This document shows, piece after piece, positions 10,256 to 20,849 of a stretch of 64,000 nt of DNA. The position numbers and the translations under genes are program-made. The stretch comes from Alphaproteobacteria bacterium. GTDB lineage: Bacteria; Pseudomonadota; Alphaproteobacteria; MPNO01. Location of the stretch: assembly GCA_965248835.1 (NCBI GenBank), contig CBDFLJ010000001.1, forward strand, positions 1,664,001 to 1,728,000, written 5' to 3'. The notes beneath the pieces are model-generated. The model worked only from the letters and a program-made list of their open reading frames with translations, searched no databases and had not been told where the DNA came from. The first letter of the stretch is position 1; every line of letters starts with the position of its first letter.

Positions 10256-11050
10256 TCACCCCGGCGCGGCCGGTTGCCCCAGAACCGCCAGCGCCAGGCC
10301 GTGAACCGCTTCATCGCCGGCCGCCACCACCCGGCCGTCCGAGCCGGCGTGCAGCGCCGCGCCGCGCCAGTCCGTCATCACCCCGCCCGCGCCTTCGATA
10401 ACCGGTGCAAGCGCGCAGAAGTCGTGGGGTGCGAGGCCCGCCTCGACCACCAGATCGATATGGCCGCTTGCCGCGAGCCCGTATGCGTAGCCGTCTCCGC
10501 CATAGACCGTGTGGCGGGATTTCGCGGCAAGACGGTCGAAGGCCTCCTTGTCCGCGGTCGAGAACATGTCCGGTGTGGTCGCGTTGAGGATCGCTTCCTC
10601 GAGCCCCGGGCAGGACCGGGCCGATACGACCGTTCCGTTGAACGTCGTGGGCCGCCCGGCGGCGCCGAGCCAGCGCTCGCCCAGCACCGGCTGGTCGATC
10701 ACGCCCAGGACCGGCCGGCCCTCGCGCAGGAACGCGATCAGGGTGCTGAAGATCGGCTTGCCGGTGATGAAAGACTTGGTCCCGTCGATCGGGTCGAGCA
10801 CCCATATCTCGGCGGCGTGCTCGCGGACCGTGCCCAACTCCTCGCCGATGATACCGTGATCGGGGTAGTGCCGCTCGATCAGCGAGCGCATCGCGGCTTC
10901 CGCCGCGCGGTCGGCAGCGGTCACCGGGCTCGCATCCGCCTTGGCCTCGACGGCGACCGGCGCACGGAAATACGGCCGGATAGCCGCACCGGCGGCGTCA
11001 GCCAGCCGGGCCGCGAAGGCGATATACGCCTCGGGGCATCGCGCGCTCAC
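10256..11050 (-). CDS. hisN: Histidinol-phosphatase, inositol monophosphatase family
   Basis: PVTAADRAAE, GEE, WVLDPIDGTKSFITG.P.F.TLI, GGDGYAY, DW.G; GTG start at 11050 inferred. Confidence 0.85.
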   Translation of the reverse strand: MSARCPEAYIAFAARLADAAGAAIRPYFRAPVAVEAKADASPVTAADRAAEAAMRSLIERHYPDHGIIGEELGTVREHAAEIWVLDPIDGTKSFITGKPIFSTLIAFLREGRPVLGVIDQPVLGERWLGAAGRPTTFNGTVVSARSCPGLEEAILNATTPDMFSTADKEAFDRLAAKSRHTVYGGDGYAYGLAASGHIDLVVEAGLAPHDFCALAPVIEGAGGVMTDWRGAALHAGSDGRVVAAGDEAVHGLALAVLGQPAAPG

Positions 11051-11115
11051 CGCGGGCACGGGCGAGCGATTCCGATCACCGCACCGACGAGCTTGTGGAA
11101 ATCGCTGGACGGCAT
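11047..11115 (-). pseudogene. Possible 22-codon relic of a membrane-anchored cytochrome c (CycM-like N-terminus)
   Basis: MPSSDFHKLVGAVIGIA resembles the M.S.EFNK.AGAVLG start of CycM; GGGGAAG RBS upstream; position divergent from pheA matches the usual locus; stop overlaps the hisN GTG. Confidence 0.4.
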
Positions 11116-11245
11116 GGCGCGTCTTCCCCATGGACGGAAGCGGCGCCGGGCTGCCGGCGATCTGCTGATCGATCGTCTGCGGATCGGCACAACGGACGAC
11201 ATTTTGCGGCCCGTGCGGACGGGCAGGGACGGCCGGTGCTTAGCA

Positions 11246-11273
11246 GATCGGCTTCGTGATTTGCAAGCCGATC
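11246..11273. promoter_or_regulatory. Perfect 9-bp inverted repeat in the divergent hisN/pheA intergenic region
   Basis: GATCGGCTT-N10-AAGCCGATC; function unknown (operator or hairpin). Confidence 0.35.
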
Positions 11274-11352
11274 CTCGATGCCGGGCGTTTCGTTGACAGG
11301 CCGGGAGCGCCAATCGATACTCCCGCGCCGCACGCGCCAGCGCATCGAGGAT

Positions 11353-12228
11353 ATGACAAGGTCGAACCGCCCGAGCAACACGATCGCCTTCCAGGGCGTG
11401 TCGGGCGCCTTTTCGGAACTGGCCTGCCGTCAGGTGTTCCCCGGAATGGCGACCCTGCCGACGGCGGCGTTCGAGGACACCTTCGCCGCGGTCCGCGAGC
11501 GCAGGGCCCGTCTGGCCATGCTGCCGGTCGAGAACTCGGTCGCCGGCCGGGTGGCAGATATCCACGGGCTGATGCCCGAATCACGGCTGCACATCGTTGC
11601 CGAGCACTTCATGCGGGTGCGCCATCATCTGCTGGCATCCAAGGGTGCGAGCCTGGGCTCGATCCGCGTCGTGCACAGCCACATCCATGCGCTGGGCCAG
11701 TGCGGCAGGCTGATCCGCGAGCATGGCTACCGGCCGGTGGTCCATGCCGACACCGCGGGTGCAGCGGCCGACATCGCGGCGCTTGCGGACACCAGCCAGG
11801 CCGCCATCGGCTCGGCGCTCGCCGGCGAGACCTACGGGCTGGTCTCGCTCAAATCCGATATCGAGGACGCCGAGCACAACACGACCCGGTTCCTGGTCAT
11901 GGCCGGCAAGCCGCGGCGCTCGGCCCGCAATTCCGGCCCGGTGGTGACCACCTTCGTCTTCCGGGTGCGCAACGTGCCCGCCGCGCTCTATAAGGCGCTC
12001 GGCGGGTTCGCGACCAACGGCGTCAACATGACCAAGCTGGAGAGCTACATGCTGGGCGGGCGGTTCTCCGCAACCCAGTTCTACGCCGATATCGAAGGCG
12101 ACCCGCGCGAACCCAATGTGCGGCTGGCGCTCGAAGAGCTCGAATTTTTCTCGCACGAGGTGCGGATCCTCGGCACCTACCCGGCCGATTCCTTCCGCAG
12201 GACCAACAAGCCGATCGATCCGCGCTGA
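11353..12228 (+). CDS. pheA: Prephenate dehydratase
   Basis: IAFQG..GAFSELA, PVENSVAGRV, SHIHALGQC, NTTRF, ACT domain with NMTKLESY; GAGGA RBS. Confidence 0.95.
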   Translation: MTRSNRPSNTIAFQGVSGAFSELACRQVFPGMATLPTAAFEDTFAAVRERRARLAMLPVENSVAGRVADIHGLMPESRLHIVAEHFMRVRHHLLASKGASLGSIRVVHSHIHALGQCGRLIREHGYRPVVHADTAGAAADIAALADTSQAAIGSALAGETYGLVSLKSDIEDAEHNTTRFLVMAGKPRRSARNSGPVVTTFVFRVRNVPAALYKALGGFATNGVNMTKLESYMLGGRFSATQFYADIEGDPREPNVRLALEELEFFSHEVRILGTYPADSFRRTNKPIDPR

Positions 12229-12339
12229 GCGGCCTGCCGGCAACGGCCCGGTCCGACTTCAACGTGCCGATGGCGTGAACGGCGGCAATAGGCGACGCCG
12301 CCGGCCATCCCGCATCCGGCCCGCCATTGCTTGCCCCGC

Positions 12340-13251
12340 TCAGCCGTTCCTTATCCAGTCCTCGATGAGCCGCCGGGCGATCGAGTCCGAGCGCGGCCGG
12401 CGTGCGATGCCTGCCGCGCCGTCGGCGAGCTCGGCGCGGGTGAACCAGCGCGCGTCTTCGAGCTCGTCGGGGTTCATCGCGATCGTCTCGGCCTCGGCGT
12501 CGGCGTAGAACCCGAGCATCAGCGATGCCGGGAACGGCCACGGCTGGGAGGAATGGTAGCGCACGTTGGCGATCGGCAGGCCGACCTCTTCCATGACCTC
12601 GCGGGCGACCGCCTCCTCCAGGCTCTCGCCCGGCTCGACGAAGCCGGCGAGCGCGGAATACATACCCTCCACCCACTCCGCCTTGCGTCCCAGGACCACC
12701 CTGTCACCGTGCATCACCAGCATGATGACCGCCGGATCGGTGCGCGGGAAATGCTGGGTGCCGCAGGATGCGTCGCTGCACACCAGGAGATGACCGGCTT
12801 CGCGCCGGTCGGTCGGCGCGCCGCATGCACCGCAGAACTGATGCCGGCTGTGCCAATGCATCAGCCCTTTGGCGTAGGCCAGCACCCCGCCGTCGTCGCG
12901 CGGCAACAGGATGCCGATGCTGCGGAGGTCGACGAAGCGGCCGCGGCCGGCGAACGGCGCGCGCTCCTCGGGCCGGTCGAGATGGGATACGTCGATCGCG
13001 AAATGCGGGACGTTGCCCAGCCGCCCGAGAAATATCGCCTGGTCCGCATCCTCCAGGGCCTCGCCGAACGCCGCAGGCCTGAAGCGGACCGCGCGCGGCG
13101 CGTCGTCTCCTTCGACGAAGGCGCGCGCACGCCAGATCGCCACCACGACGGCCTCGAGCGAGGCGAACTGCGCGCGCAGCCAAGCGGCATCGTTGCGCCG
13201 CTCGGCGACCCGTTCCAGGCCGTACTCGGCGTAATGGTTCGGCGGCCTCAT
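12340..13251 (-). CDS. nudC: NADH pyrophosphatase (Nudix)
   Basis: FCGACG zinc site, FPRTDPAVI, Nudix box GFVEPGESLEEAVAREVMEEVG, SQPWPFPASLM. Confidence 0.95.
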   Translation of the reverse strand: MRPPNHYAEYGLERVAERRNDAAWLRAQFASLEAVVVAIWRARAFVEGDDAPRAVRFRPAAFGEALEDADQAIFLGRLGNVPHFAIDVSHLDRPEERAPFAGRGRFVDLRSIGILLPRDDGGVLAYAKGLMHWHSRHQFCGACGAPTDRREAGHLLVCSDASCGTQHFPRTDPAVIMLVMHGDRVVLGRKAEWVEGMYSALAGFVEPGESLEEAVAREVMEEVGLPIANVRYHSSQPWPFPASLMLGFYADAEAETIAMNPDELEDARWFTRAELADGAAGIARRPRSDSIARRLIEDWIRNG

Positions 13252-13436
13252 CGCTGGCTGCGTCTTCCGATCGGACCCCGCCGGGCCGCGCCCGACCCGG
13301 CCGATCCTTGCGGACCGGAGGGACAAAGCGAGCCCGGAGCCCATGATTGCGTCGGCCGGCAACCCTGCCATACCCCCGCCCGGCGCGCAATCTTGCCAGG
13401 CTTGGGATGCGCGTTCGAGTCCTGGTATACTCGCTC

Positions 13437-13531
13437 GGGAGGTCGGCGGCGGACGGGGCGCTCGCCAACCCGGTCAGGTCCGGAAGGAAGCAGCCGTAAC
13501 GAGATTGCGCCGGGTCGCCCACCGGCCTCCC
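13437..13531 (+). ncRNA. ffs: Signal recognition particle 4.5S RNA
   Basis: Conserved core CGGTCAGGTCCGGAAGGAAGCAGC; ends pair (GGGAGGTCGG...CCGGCCTCCC); TATACT -10 just upstream; canonical position before dnaX. Confidence 0.93.
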
Positions 13532-13566
13532 ACTCTCCGGGCGGGGCACATCACCTTGATCGGACC

Positions 13567-15225
13567 ATGAACGGCTCTTCCGAACCCGTCACACCCTACC
13601 GCGTGCTTGCGCGCAGCTATCGGCCGAGCCGGTTCGCCGACCTGATCGGTCAGGACGCGATGGTGCGCACGCTGACCAACGCGATCAACTCCGGCCGGCT
13701 GGCGCATGCGTTCATCCTCACCGGCATCCGCGGGGTCGGCAAGACGACGACGGCGCGAATCATCGCGCGCGCGCTCAACTGCACCGGCTCGGACGGGCAG
13801 GGCGGGCCGACACCGGAGCCGTGCGGGGTCTGCGAGCACTGCGTGGCGATCGGCGAGGACCGGCATATCGACGTGATCGAAATGGATGCCGCGAGCCGGA
13901 CCGGGGTCGACGACATCCGCGAGCTTATCGAGGGCGTGCTCTACCGGCCGGTCTCGGCGCGCTTCAAGATCTACATCATCGACGAAGTCCACATGCTCTC
14001 GCGCAACGCCTTCAACGCGCTGCTCAAGACGCTGGAGGAGCCGCCCCAGCACGTGAAATTCATCTTCGCGACCACCGAGACGCGGCGGGTGCCGGTCACG
14101 GTGCTGTCGCGCTGCCAGCGCTTCGACCTGTCCCGGGTCGATGGCCAGACGCTGATGGCGCATTTGCGCGACATCGCCGAGCGCGAGCGGGTCGAAGTTG
14201 CCGCCGACGCGCTGCGCCAGATCGTGCGGGCCGCCGAAGGCTCGGTGCGCGACGCGTTGTCGCTGCTCGACCAGGCGATCGCGCACGCCGCGCCCGGCCC
14301 GGTCGAGGCCGATCAGGTGCGCGAGATGCTGGGGCTCGCCGACCGGCTGCGGACCGCGGATCTGTTCGAGGCGCTGGTCCGCGGCCGCATCGCCGATGCC
14401 CTGTCGATCTACGATTCCCTGCACGAGGCGGGCGCGGACCCGATCGCGGTGCTACAGGACCTGCTCGAGTTGACCCATTGGCTGACCCGGCTCAACGCGG
14501 TGCCCGAGGCGCCGACGGCCGGCGGCGCGGTCTCGGACGTGGAGCTCGCGCGCGGCCGGGCGCTCGCCCAGGGGCTGACGGTGCCGGTGCTCGCGCGGGC
14601 TTGGCAGATCCTGCTCAAGGGGCTGTCGGAGGCGCGCATCGCCCATGACGCCCGCCAGGCAGCGGAAATGATCCTGGTCCGCCTGGCCTACGCCGCCGGG
14701 CTGCCGACCCCGGCCGAGATGGTCCGCGCGATCGAGTCGGGGAGCCTGCCCGCGCCGCCGCCACAGCCTGAGGCGGCAGACGATGCGCCGGCCCTGCCGG
14801 CGGATTTCGAGGCGCTGGTCGCGCTGTTCGAAGCGCACAAGGAACCGGTTCTGCGGGCCAATCTGACGGGCAACGTCCACCTGGTGTCCTATGCGCCCGG
14901 AAATCTGGTCTATCGGCCCGGTCCGGGCGCGCCGGCCGGGCTCGCGGCCGAGTTGCACCGGCGGCTGGAGGGCTGGACCGGAACATCCTGGTCGGTCGAG
15001 GCGGTCGAGGACGGCGATGCCGCGCCCAGCCTACACGAGCAGCGGCTCCGGACCGAGGCGGCCGAGCGCGAGGACGCGATCGCCCACCCCGCCGTCCAGG
15101 CCGCGCTCAAGGCGTTTCCCGGCGCCAGACTCGAAGAGGTCCGATCCGTCGAGGCGGCAACCATTCTGGGCGATGAGCCGGTCGATCCGGAAGAAGAGTC
15201 CGATAACGGAGATGCACGCTCATGA
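13567..15225 (+). CDS. dnaX: DNA polymerase III subunit gamma/tau
   Basis: [38 protein letters not shown]. Confidence 0.97.
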   Translation: MNGSSEPVTPYRVLARSYRPSRFADLIGQDAMVRTLTNAINSGRLAHAFILTGIRGVGKTTTARIIARALNCTGSDGQGGPTPEPCGVCEHCVAIGEDRHIDVIEMDAASRTGVDDIRELIEGVLYRPVSARFKIYIIDEVHMLSRNAFNALLKTLEEPPQHVKFIFATTETRRVPVTVLSRCQRFDLSRVDGQTLMAHLRDIAERERVEVAADALRQIVRAAEGSVRDALSLLDQAIAHAAPGPVEADQVREMLGLADRLRTADLFEALVRGRIADALSIYDSLHEAGADPIAVLQDLLELTHWLTRLNAVPEAPTAGGAVSDVELARGRALAQGLTVPVLARAWQILLKGLSEARIAHDARQAAEMILVRLAYAAGLPTPAEMVRAIESGSLPAPPPQPEAADDAPALPADFEALVALFEAHKEPVLRANLTGNVHLVSYAPGNLVYRPGPGAPAGLAAELHRRLEGWTGTSWSVEAVEDGDAAPSLHEQRLRTEAAEREDAIAHPAVQAALKAFPGARLEEVRSVEAATILGDEPVDPEEESDNGDARS

Positions 15226-15545
15226 AGAATTTCGGCCAGCTCATGAAGCAAGCCCAGGAGATGCAGGCCAAGATCCAGGAGATGCAGAACCGGCTCGCCG
15301 ATGTCGAGGTCACCGGCCGGTCGGGCGCCGGCATGGTCACGATTACCATGAACGGCAAGTCCGAGGTGCGCCAGGTCAAGATCGACCCGAGGCTGTTCAA
15401 TGGCGAGGATGCCGAGGTGGTCGAGGACCTGCTGGTGGCCGCATTCGCCGATGCCAAGGGCAAGGCCGAGGCGCGGATGAGCGAGGAGATGCAGAAGATC
15501 ACCGGCGGCCTCAACCTGCCGCCGGGGCTCGGCCTGCCGTTTTGA
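15222..15545 (+). CDS. ybaB: YbaB/EbfC nucleoid-associated protein
   Basis: [28 protein letters not shown]; lies between dnaX and recR. Confidence 0.93.
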   Translation: MKNFGQLMKQAQEMQAKIQEMQNRLADVEVTGRSGAGMVTITMNGKSEVRQVKIDPRLFNGEDAEVVEDLLVAAFADAKGKAEARMSEEMQKITGGLNLPPGLGLPF

Positions 15546-16138
15546 TGGCGGTCTCGGAGATCGACCGGCTGATCGAGCTGCTTGCCAAGCTGCCCGGGCT
15601 CGGCCCGCGTTCGGCGAGGCGGGCGGCGCTGCATCTGATCAATCGCCCCGATGCGCTGCTCGCTCCGCTGGCCGCGGCGCTGGCTGCGGCGGCCCGAAAC
15701 GTCCGGCGGTGCGCGACCTGCGGCAATGTCGACATCGAGGATCCGTGCGGGATCTGCAGCGATACCGAGCGCGGGCAGGCGACGATCTGCGTGGTCGAGG
15801 GCGTGGCCGATCTGTGGGCGCTGGAACGCACGGGCGTGTTCGCGGGCACCTATCACGTGCTTGGCGGCACGCTGTCCGCGCTCGATGGCCGCGGCCCGGA
15901 CGACCTTGCCATCGACCGCCTGATCGCCCGCGCCGGCCGGGACTCGGTCACCGAGGTGATTCTCGCGACCTCAGCCACCGTCGAGGGCCAGACCACTGCC
16001 CACTACCTGATGGACCGCCTGGCGGAGACCGGCGTCGTGGTCTCGATGCTCGCCCACGGCGTCCCGGTCGGCGGTGAGCTCGATTACCTCGACGACGGCA
16101 CGCTGTCCGCAGCGCTGAAATCTCGCCGGCCGCTATAG
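15545..16138 (+). CDS. recR: Recombination mediator RecR
   Basis: [17 protein letters not shown]...[27 protein letters not shown]. Confidence 0.96.
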   Translation: MAVSEIDRLIELLAKLPGLGPRSARRAALHLINRPDALLAPLAAALAAAARNVRRCATCGNVDIEDPCGICSDTERGQATICVVEGVADLWALERTGVFAGTYHVLGGTLSALDGRGPDDLAIDRLIARAGRDSVTEVILATSATVEGQTTAHYLMDRLAETGVVVSMLAHGVPVGGELDYLDDGTLSAALKSRRPL

Positions 16139-16145
16139 GGTCCGC

Positions 16146-17390
16146 TCAAAGGCAGCCGACGACCGCGCCGGTCATGCAGGTCGCGAGCATCCCCGAGACG
16201 ATCGAGCGCATGCCCAGCGCCACCACCTCGGCGCGGCGCTCGGGGCAGATCGTTGCCAGCCCGCCGATCATGATGCCGAGGCTGGCGAAATTCGCGAACC
16301 CGCACAGCGCATAGGTCATGATCAGCCGGCTGCGCTCGCTCAGCGCCTCGGCCGGGAGCTGTGCCATCTGGAAGTATGCCAGGAGTTCGTTGAGCACCAC
16401 CTTGACGCCGAGCAGCGCGCCGGCGGTCGCCGCCTCCGCGGCCGGGATCCCCATCAGCCAGGCCAGCGGCGCAAGCGCCTGGCCCAGGGCGCGCTCCAAT
16501 GTGATCGGCGCCCCGGCGATGTCCGGCAGCAGGCCCAGGATCGTATTGGCCAGGTGGACCAGGGCGACCACGACCACCAGCATCGCGACGACGGCCAGCA
16601 GAAGCTGCAGGCCCTCGAGCGTGCCGCGGGTGATCGCTTCCATTGCGCTCCGGTCCAGCCGCTCGAGCGCGGCGCGTTCCGGGATCTGACCGGCCGCGCC
16701 CGCCGGCACCATCACGCGGGCGATCAGGATCGCCGCCGGCGCGCTCATGATCGAGGCGCTCAGAAGATGGCCGGCAGGATCGGCGATGATCCCTTGCAGG
16801 AACGTGGCATAGAGGACCAGCACCGTGCCGGCGATGGTCGCCATGCCGACGGTCATGACCACGAACAGGTCGGCCCGACTCATCGCCGCCAGGTAGGGCC
16901 GGATCAGCAGCGGCGCCTCGATCATGCCGACGAACACGTTGGCGGCGCACGACAGGCTCGCCGGCCCGCCGAGCCGCATCGCCCGTTGCAGTGCCCAGGC
17001 GAGCGCGCCGACGACCGCCGGCAGGACGCGCCAGTGATAGAGCAGCGCCGAGGCGGCGCTGACCACCACCAGCAGCGGCAGGGCCTGGAAGGCGAGAATG
17101 AAACTCGATTCCGGCGCGCTCACCGCAAACGGCGCCGGCCCGCCGCCAAGATAGCCGAAGACGAAGGATGTCCCCGCCATGGTGGCGGCCTGCAGCGCGG
17201 CGACCGCGTGGTTGAGCAGGCCAAGCGCTTCGCGCACGACCGGCACTTTCAGGAGTACCAGCGCCAGGACGAACTGAAGCACGATACCGGCGAACACGCT
17301 GCGCCAAGGAAACGCCCGACGGTCCTCGCTGATCGCCCAGGCAAGCCCGACCATCACGGCGATGCCAAGCGCTGCCTGGAGGGCGTGCAC
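16146..17390 (-). CDS. Concentrative nucleoside transporter (NupC/CNT family)
   Basis: FVFGYLG, AFQALP, ANVFVGMIEAPL, GMATIAG, MSAPAA, NELLAY, ALCGFANFAS; GTG start inferred. Confidence 0.9.
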   Translation of the reverse strand: MHALQAALGIAVMVGLAWAISEDRRAFPWRSVFAGIVLQFVLALVLLKVPVVREALGLLNHAVAALQAATMAGTSFVFGYLGGGPAPFAVSAPESSFILAFQALPLLVVVSAASALLYHWRVLPAVVGALAWALQRAMRLGGPASLSCAANVFVGMIEAPLLIRPYLAAMSRADLFVVMTVGMATIAGTVLVLYATFLQGIIADPAGHLLSASIMSAPAAILIARVMVPAGAAGQIPERAALERLDRSAMEAITRGTLEGLQLLLAVVAMLVVVVALVHLANTILGLLPDIAGAPITLERALGQALAPLAWLMGIPAAEAATAGALLGVKVVLNELLAYFQMAQLPAEALSERSRLIMTYALCGFANFASLGIMIGGLATICPERRAEVVALGMRSIVSGMLATCMTGAVVGCL

Positions 17391-17397
17391 GCTGGGC

Positions 17398-18219
17398 TCA
17401 GGCAAGCGCCATGGCGGCAACGGTGCAGCCGACCGCGAAGGTCGGGATCGCATCATAGTGCCAGATTTCGCCGGTGGCGCCCGCCGCGGCACCGGCGACC
17501 GCGATGAAGGTACGGATCTCGAAGCCGCCCTGGCCGCCGTGCCGGTAGGTGTCCTCATCGGTGTAGGACATCAGCGCCTCACGGTCGTTGGCGGCGAAGC
17601 GGGCGAGGAAGGTGCGGTCCCATTCCTCGTTGATCCGCCCCGAATCCGGGGTCGCCGGCCAGTGGGAGATCCCACCCGTACCGACCAGCGCGATCCGCTC
17701 GGGCACGGCATCGCATGCCCGGCGCAGCGCCTGGCCGAAGGCATAGGCGCGGCGGACCGGCGACAGCGGCGGCCCCTGGCAGTTGATGTTGGCCGGGATC
17801 ACGGCCAGGTCGTAGCGCGGCGTCAGAAAGTGCAGCGGCACCATGATCGCGTGGTCGAAGCGCCATTCCTCGGCATAGGCGACGTCGATGTCGTTGAGCA
17901 CCTGCTCGATCAGCCGGCGCGACAGGTCCGGTGCGCCGGGAATGGTCGCGGGCTTGATTGCCAGCCAGTCCGGATCCTCGATCGGGCCTTGGTAGGTCTC
18001 GGCCATGCCGATGGCGTAGGCCGGCATGTTATCCATGAAGAAATTGGCGAAATGCTCGGCCCCGACGACCATCAGGGCATCGGGCGCGCTGTCCTCGATT
18101 GCGGCGCGCATGCGTGCGAAGGCGGCGTGCAGCCGGGCGAGGCGATCGGGCGCGACGCGGCCGGCACGGCCGGTGATCCCCGGCGCGTGGCTGCAGGCGC
18201 CCGCGAAGACCAGGCTCAC
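17398..18219 (-). CDS. Class III extradiol ring-cleavage dioxygenase, catalytic subunit (LigB/MhpB family)
   Basis: SHAPGI, EHFANFF, DHAIMVPL, GGISHWP, FEIRTF. Confidence 0.87.
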   Translation of the reverse strand: MSLVFAGACSHAPGITGRAGRVAPDRLARLHAAFARMRAAIEDSAPDALMVVGAEHFANFFMDNMPAYAIGMAETYQGPIEDPDWLAIKPATIPGAPDLSRRLIEQVLNDIDVAYAEEWRFDHAIMVPLHFLTPRYDLAVIPANINCQGPPLSPVRRAYAFGQALRRACDAVPERIALVGTGGISHWPATPDSGRINEEWDRTFLARFAANDREALMSYTDEDTYRHGGQGGFEIRTFIAVAGAAAGATGEIWHYDAIPTFAVGCTVAAMALA

Positions 18220-18527
18220 GGCACCGGGTCGGCGGCAAGGGTGTAGAGGCCGGCACGCACCGGGCCGTGTCGGCGCACGCCCTCGCGCATCGCCTCCAAG
18301 TAGTCGTCCCAGGCATAGCCGCGCAGCGCCGCGTAATGCATCAGCAGTTGTCCGTTGACCCCGAGCACATAGAGCAGGCCGATATCGGGCTGGCGCACCG
18401 CGCGGCGTTCCTCATCGGTCATCGGGTAGTCACGCAACAGGCCGTCGAAGTCGTCCTCGTAGCGCTCGCGCAGGTGGGGATCCCAGTTGAGCTGGTAGAT
18501 CAGCTTCTGAACGTAGTACAGGCTCAC
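18216..18527 (-). CDS. Extradiol dioxygenase small subunit (LigA-like)
   Basis: About 103 aa; SLYYVQKLIYQL, YPMTDEERRA, LYVLGVNGQLL; overlaps the LigB-like start. Confidence 0.75.
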   Translation of the reverse strand: MSLYYVQKLIYQLNWDPHLRERYEDDFDGLLRDYPMTDEERRAVRQPDIGLLYVLGVNGQLLMHYAALRGYAWDDYLEAMREGVRRHGPVRAGLYTLAADPVP

Positions 18528-18642
18528 TCGGCGATCCTGGCGAAAAACCCGGTGCCCCGCAACCGTTCGGCTGTGTTGACGGCGCGGCGAATCGCGCCTA
18601 CCTAACCCCCTTCCGGAACGGCAGGGTGAACGCACCGCGACC

Positions 18643-19167
18643 ATGGCGAAGCTGTCGATCATCACCGCCCCCGACCCACGCCTCAAGCTGGTCAGCGCGC
18701 CGGTCGAGACCGTCAACAGGGAGGTGCGCGCGCTGATCGACGACCTGCTGGAGACCATGTACGACGCGCCGGGAATCGGCCTCGCCGCCCCGCAGGTCGG
18801 CATCACCAAGCGGGTGCTCGTGGTCGACCTGACCCGCGCCGGGGAGGATCCCAACCCGATCAAGATGGTCAATCCGGAAGTGGTCTGGACCGCGCAGGAG
18901 ATCGTCTCCTACGAAGAAGGCTGCCTGTCGCTGCCCGAGCACTATGCCGAGGTCAGCCGCCCGGCGCGGGCGCGGATCCGCTACGTCGATCCGGACAATG
19001 TGGACCGGGAGATCGAGGTCGAGCAGATGCTGGCGACCTGCCTGCTGCACGAGATCGACCACCTCGACGGGACGCTGTTCGTCGATCACATCTCCAAGCT
19101 CAAGCGCGACATCATCCTGAAGAAGCTTGCCAAGGCCAAGCGCGCGGAGGCCAAGGCCCGCGCCTGA
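18643..19167 (+). CDS. def: Peptide deformylase
   Basis: [18 protein letters not shown] motifs. Confidence 0.97.
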   Translation: MAKLSIITAPDPRLKLVSAPVETVNREVRALIDDLLETMYDAPGIGLAAPQVGITKRVLVVDLTRAGEDPNPIKMVNPEVVWTAQEIVSYEEGCLSLPEHYAEVSRPARARIRYVDPDNVDREIEVEQMLATCLLHEIDHLDGTLFVDHISKLKRDIILKKLAKAKRAEAKARA

Positions 19168-19169
19168 CC

Positions 19170-20105
19170 ATGGATGGCCTGCGCACCGTCTTCATGGGCA
19201 CGCCGGAATTCGCGGTCGCCAGCCTGGATGCGCTGATCGCCGCCGGCCACGATGTCGCCTGCGTCTACACCAGGGCGCCCCGCCCGGCCGGGCGCGGGCA
19301 CAAGGAGCGGCCCTCGCCGGTGCACGCGCGCGCCGCGGCGGCCGAGATCGAGGTTCGCCACCCGCGCGGGCTGCGCGATTCCGGGGCGGCCGCGGCGTTT
19401 GCAAGGATCGGCGCCGACGTTGCCGTCGTCGCGGCTTACGGGCTGATTCTGCCGGCGCCGATCCTCGAGACGCCGCGGCTCGGCTGCCTCAACGTCCACG
19501 CCTCGCTGCTGCCGCGCTGGCGCGGCGCCGCGCCGATCCAGCGCGCAATCCTGGCCGGCGACCGAAAGACCGGCATCACCATCATGAAGATGGACGAGGG
19601 GCTCGATACCGGCCCGATGCTGGCCCGCTCCGAAATCGAGATCACCGCGCGGACCGATGCCGGCGAACTGCACGACCGCCTTGCCGGACTCGGCGCCCGG
19701 CTGCTGGTGGAGACCCTGGGCGGATATGCCGCCGGCAGGATCGCGCCGGTCGCCCAGCCCGGCGAGGGCATCACCCGCGCCGCCAGGATCGATCGCGCCG
19801 AAACGCGGATCGACTGGCACCGCCCCGCCGCCGAGGTCGACCGCCAGGTCCGCGCCTTCGCGCCCAGCCCGGGCGCGTGGTTCGAGACCGCCGGCCAGCG
19901 GGTACGGGTCCTAGCCGCCCACGTCGTCGATGCCGCCGCCGGCCGGCCGGGCACCGTGATCGACGAGGCCGCGACCGTGGCCTGCGTGGAAGGTGCGCTA
20001 CGGCTCGACCGCCTGCAGCGCCAGGGCCGGGGTCCGATGGATGCCGAATCCTTTCTGCACGGCTTCGCGCTCGCACCGGGAACTCGTCTCGGCGAGGAGC
20101 CGTGA
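19170..20105 (+). CDS. fmt: Methionyl-tRNA formyltransferase
   Basis: [34 protein letters not shown]. Confidence 0.97.
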   Translation: MDGLRTVFMGTPEFAVASLDALIAAGHDVACVYTRAPRPAGRGHKERPSPVHARAAAAEIEVRHPRGLRDSGAAAAFARIGADVAVVAAYGLILPAPILETPRLGCLNVHASLLPRWRGAAPIQRAILAGDRKTGITIMKMDEGLDTGPMLARSEIEITARTDAGELHDRLAGLGARLLVETLGGYAAGRIAPVAQPGEGITRAARIDRAETRIDWHRPAAEVDRQVRAFAPSPGAWFETAGQRVRVLAAHVVDAAAGRPGTVIDEAATVACVEGALRLDRLQRQGRGPMDAESFLHGFALAPGTRLGEEP

Positions 20106-20842
20106 GGCGCTGGCGCATTACGGTCGAATATGATGGCGCCGGCTTCGTCGGCTGGCAGCGCCAAGCCAACGGCCCGTCGATCCAGGAGGCGATCGAGACC
20201 GCGATTTTCCGCTTCTCCGGGGAAAGCCCGCGGGTCTTCGGCGCCGGGCGAACCGATGCGGGCGTGCACGCAAGCGGCCAGGTCGCTCATTTCGATCTCG
20301 CGAAGGAGACCGAGGCCGATACCGTGGCCGATGCCCTGAACGCGCATCTGCGCCCTCATCCGATCGCCGTCCGCCAGGCGGCGCCGGCGGCGCCGGATTT
20401 TGATGCCCGTCTGTCGGCCATCGGCCGGTCCTATCGCTACCGCATCGTCAACCGGCGGGCGCCGCTCGCCCTGGAGCGCGGCCGCGCGTGGCTGGTCCGG
20501 GTCCCGCTCGACCACGCCGCGATGAGCCAAGCCGCCGAACGACTGGTGGGAAAGCATGATTTCTCAACCTTCCGCGCGCGCCTGTGCCAGGCGCGTTCGC
20601 CGGTGAGAACGCTCGACCGGCTGGATGTGCACCGCGAAGGCGAGGAGATCTTCATCGAGGCCGAAGCGCGGTCCTTCCTGCACCATCAGGTGCGCAACAT
20701 GGTCGGCACGCTCAAGCTGGTCGGCGAGGGCAAGTGGAGCCCCGACGATGTCGCGCTGGCGCTGGCCGCGCGCGACCGCGCCAGCGGCGGCCCCACCGCA
20801 CCGGCCGACGGCCTGTGTTTGACGGCGGTCCGTTACCCGTGA
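20102..20842 (+). CDS. truA: tRNA pseudouridine(38-40) synthase
   Basis: [37 protein letters not shown]; GTGA overlap with fmt. Confidence 0.96.
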   Translation: MRRWRITVEYDGAGFVGWQRQANGPSIQEAIETAIFRFSGESPRVFGAGRTDAGVHASGQVAHFDLAKETEADTVADALNAHLRPHPIAVRQAAPAAPDFDARLSAIGRSYRYRIVNRRAPLALERGRAWLVRVPLDHAAMSQAAERLVGKHDFSTFRARLCQARSPVRTLDRLDVHREGEEIFIEAEARSFLHHQVRNMVGTLKLVGEGKWSPDDVALALAARDRASGGPTAPADGLCLTAVRYP

Positions 20843-20849
20843 CGGGACG

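Noticed and set aside
12280-12303. Terminator between convergent pheA and nudC
   Set aside because: The 7-bp GC stem has no U tract on either side and is likely by chance at this GC content.
12331-15225. 964-aa extended DnaX, or a programmed gamma/tau frameshift
   Set aside because: The extension is the antisense shadow of nudC and crosses ffs; the real start is 13567. No A-AAA-AAG slippery site was seen.
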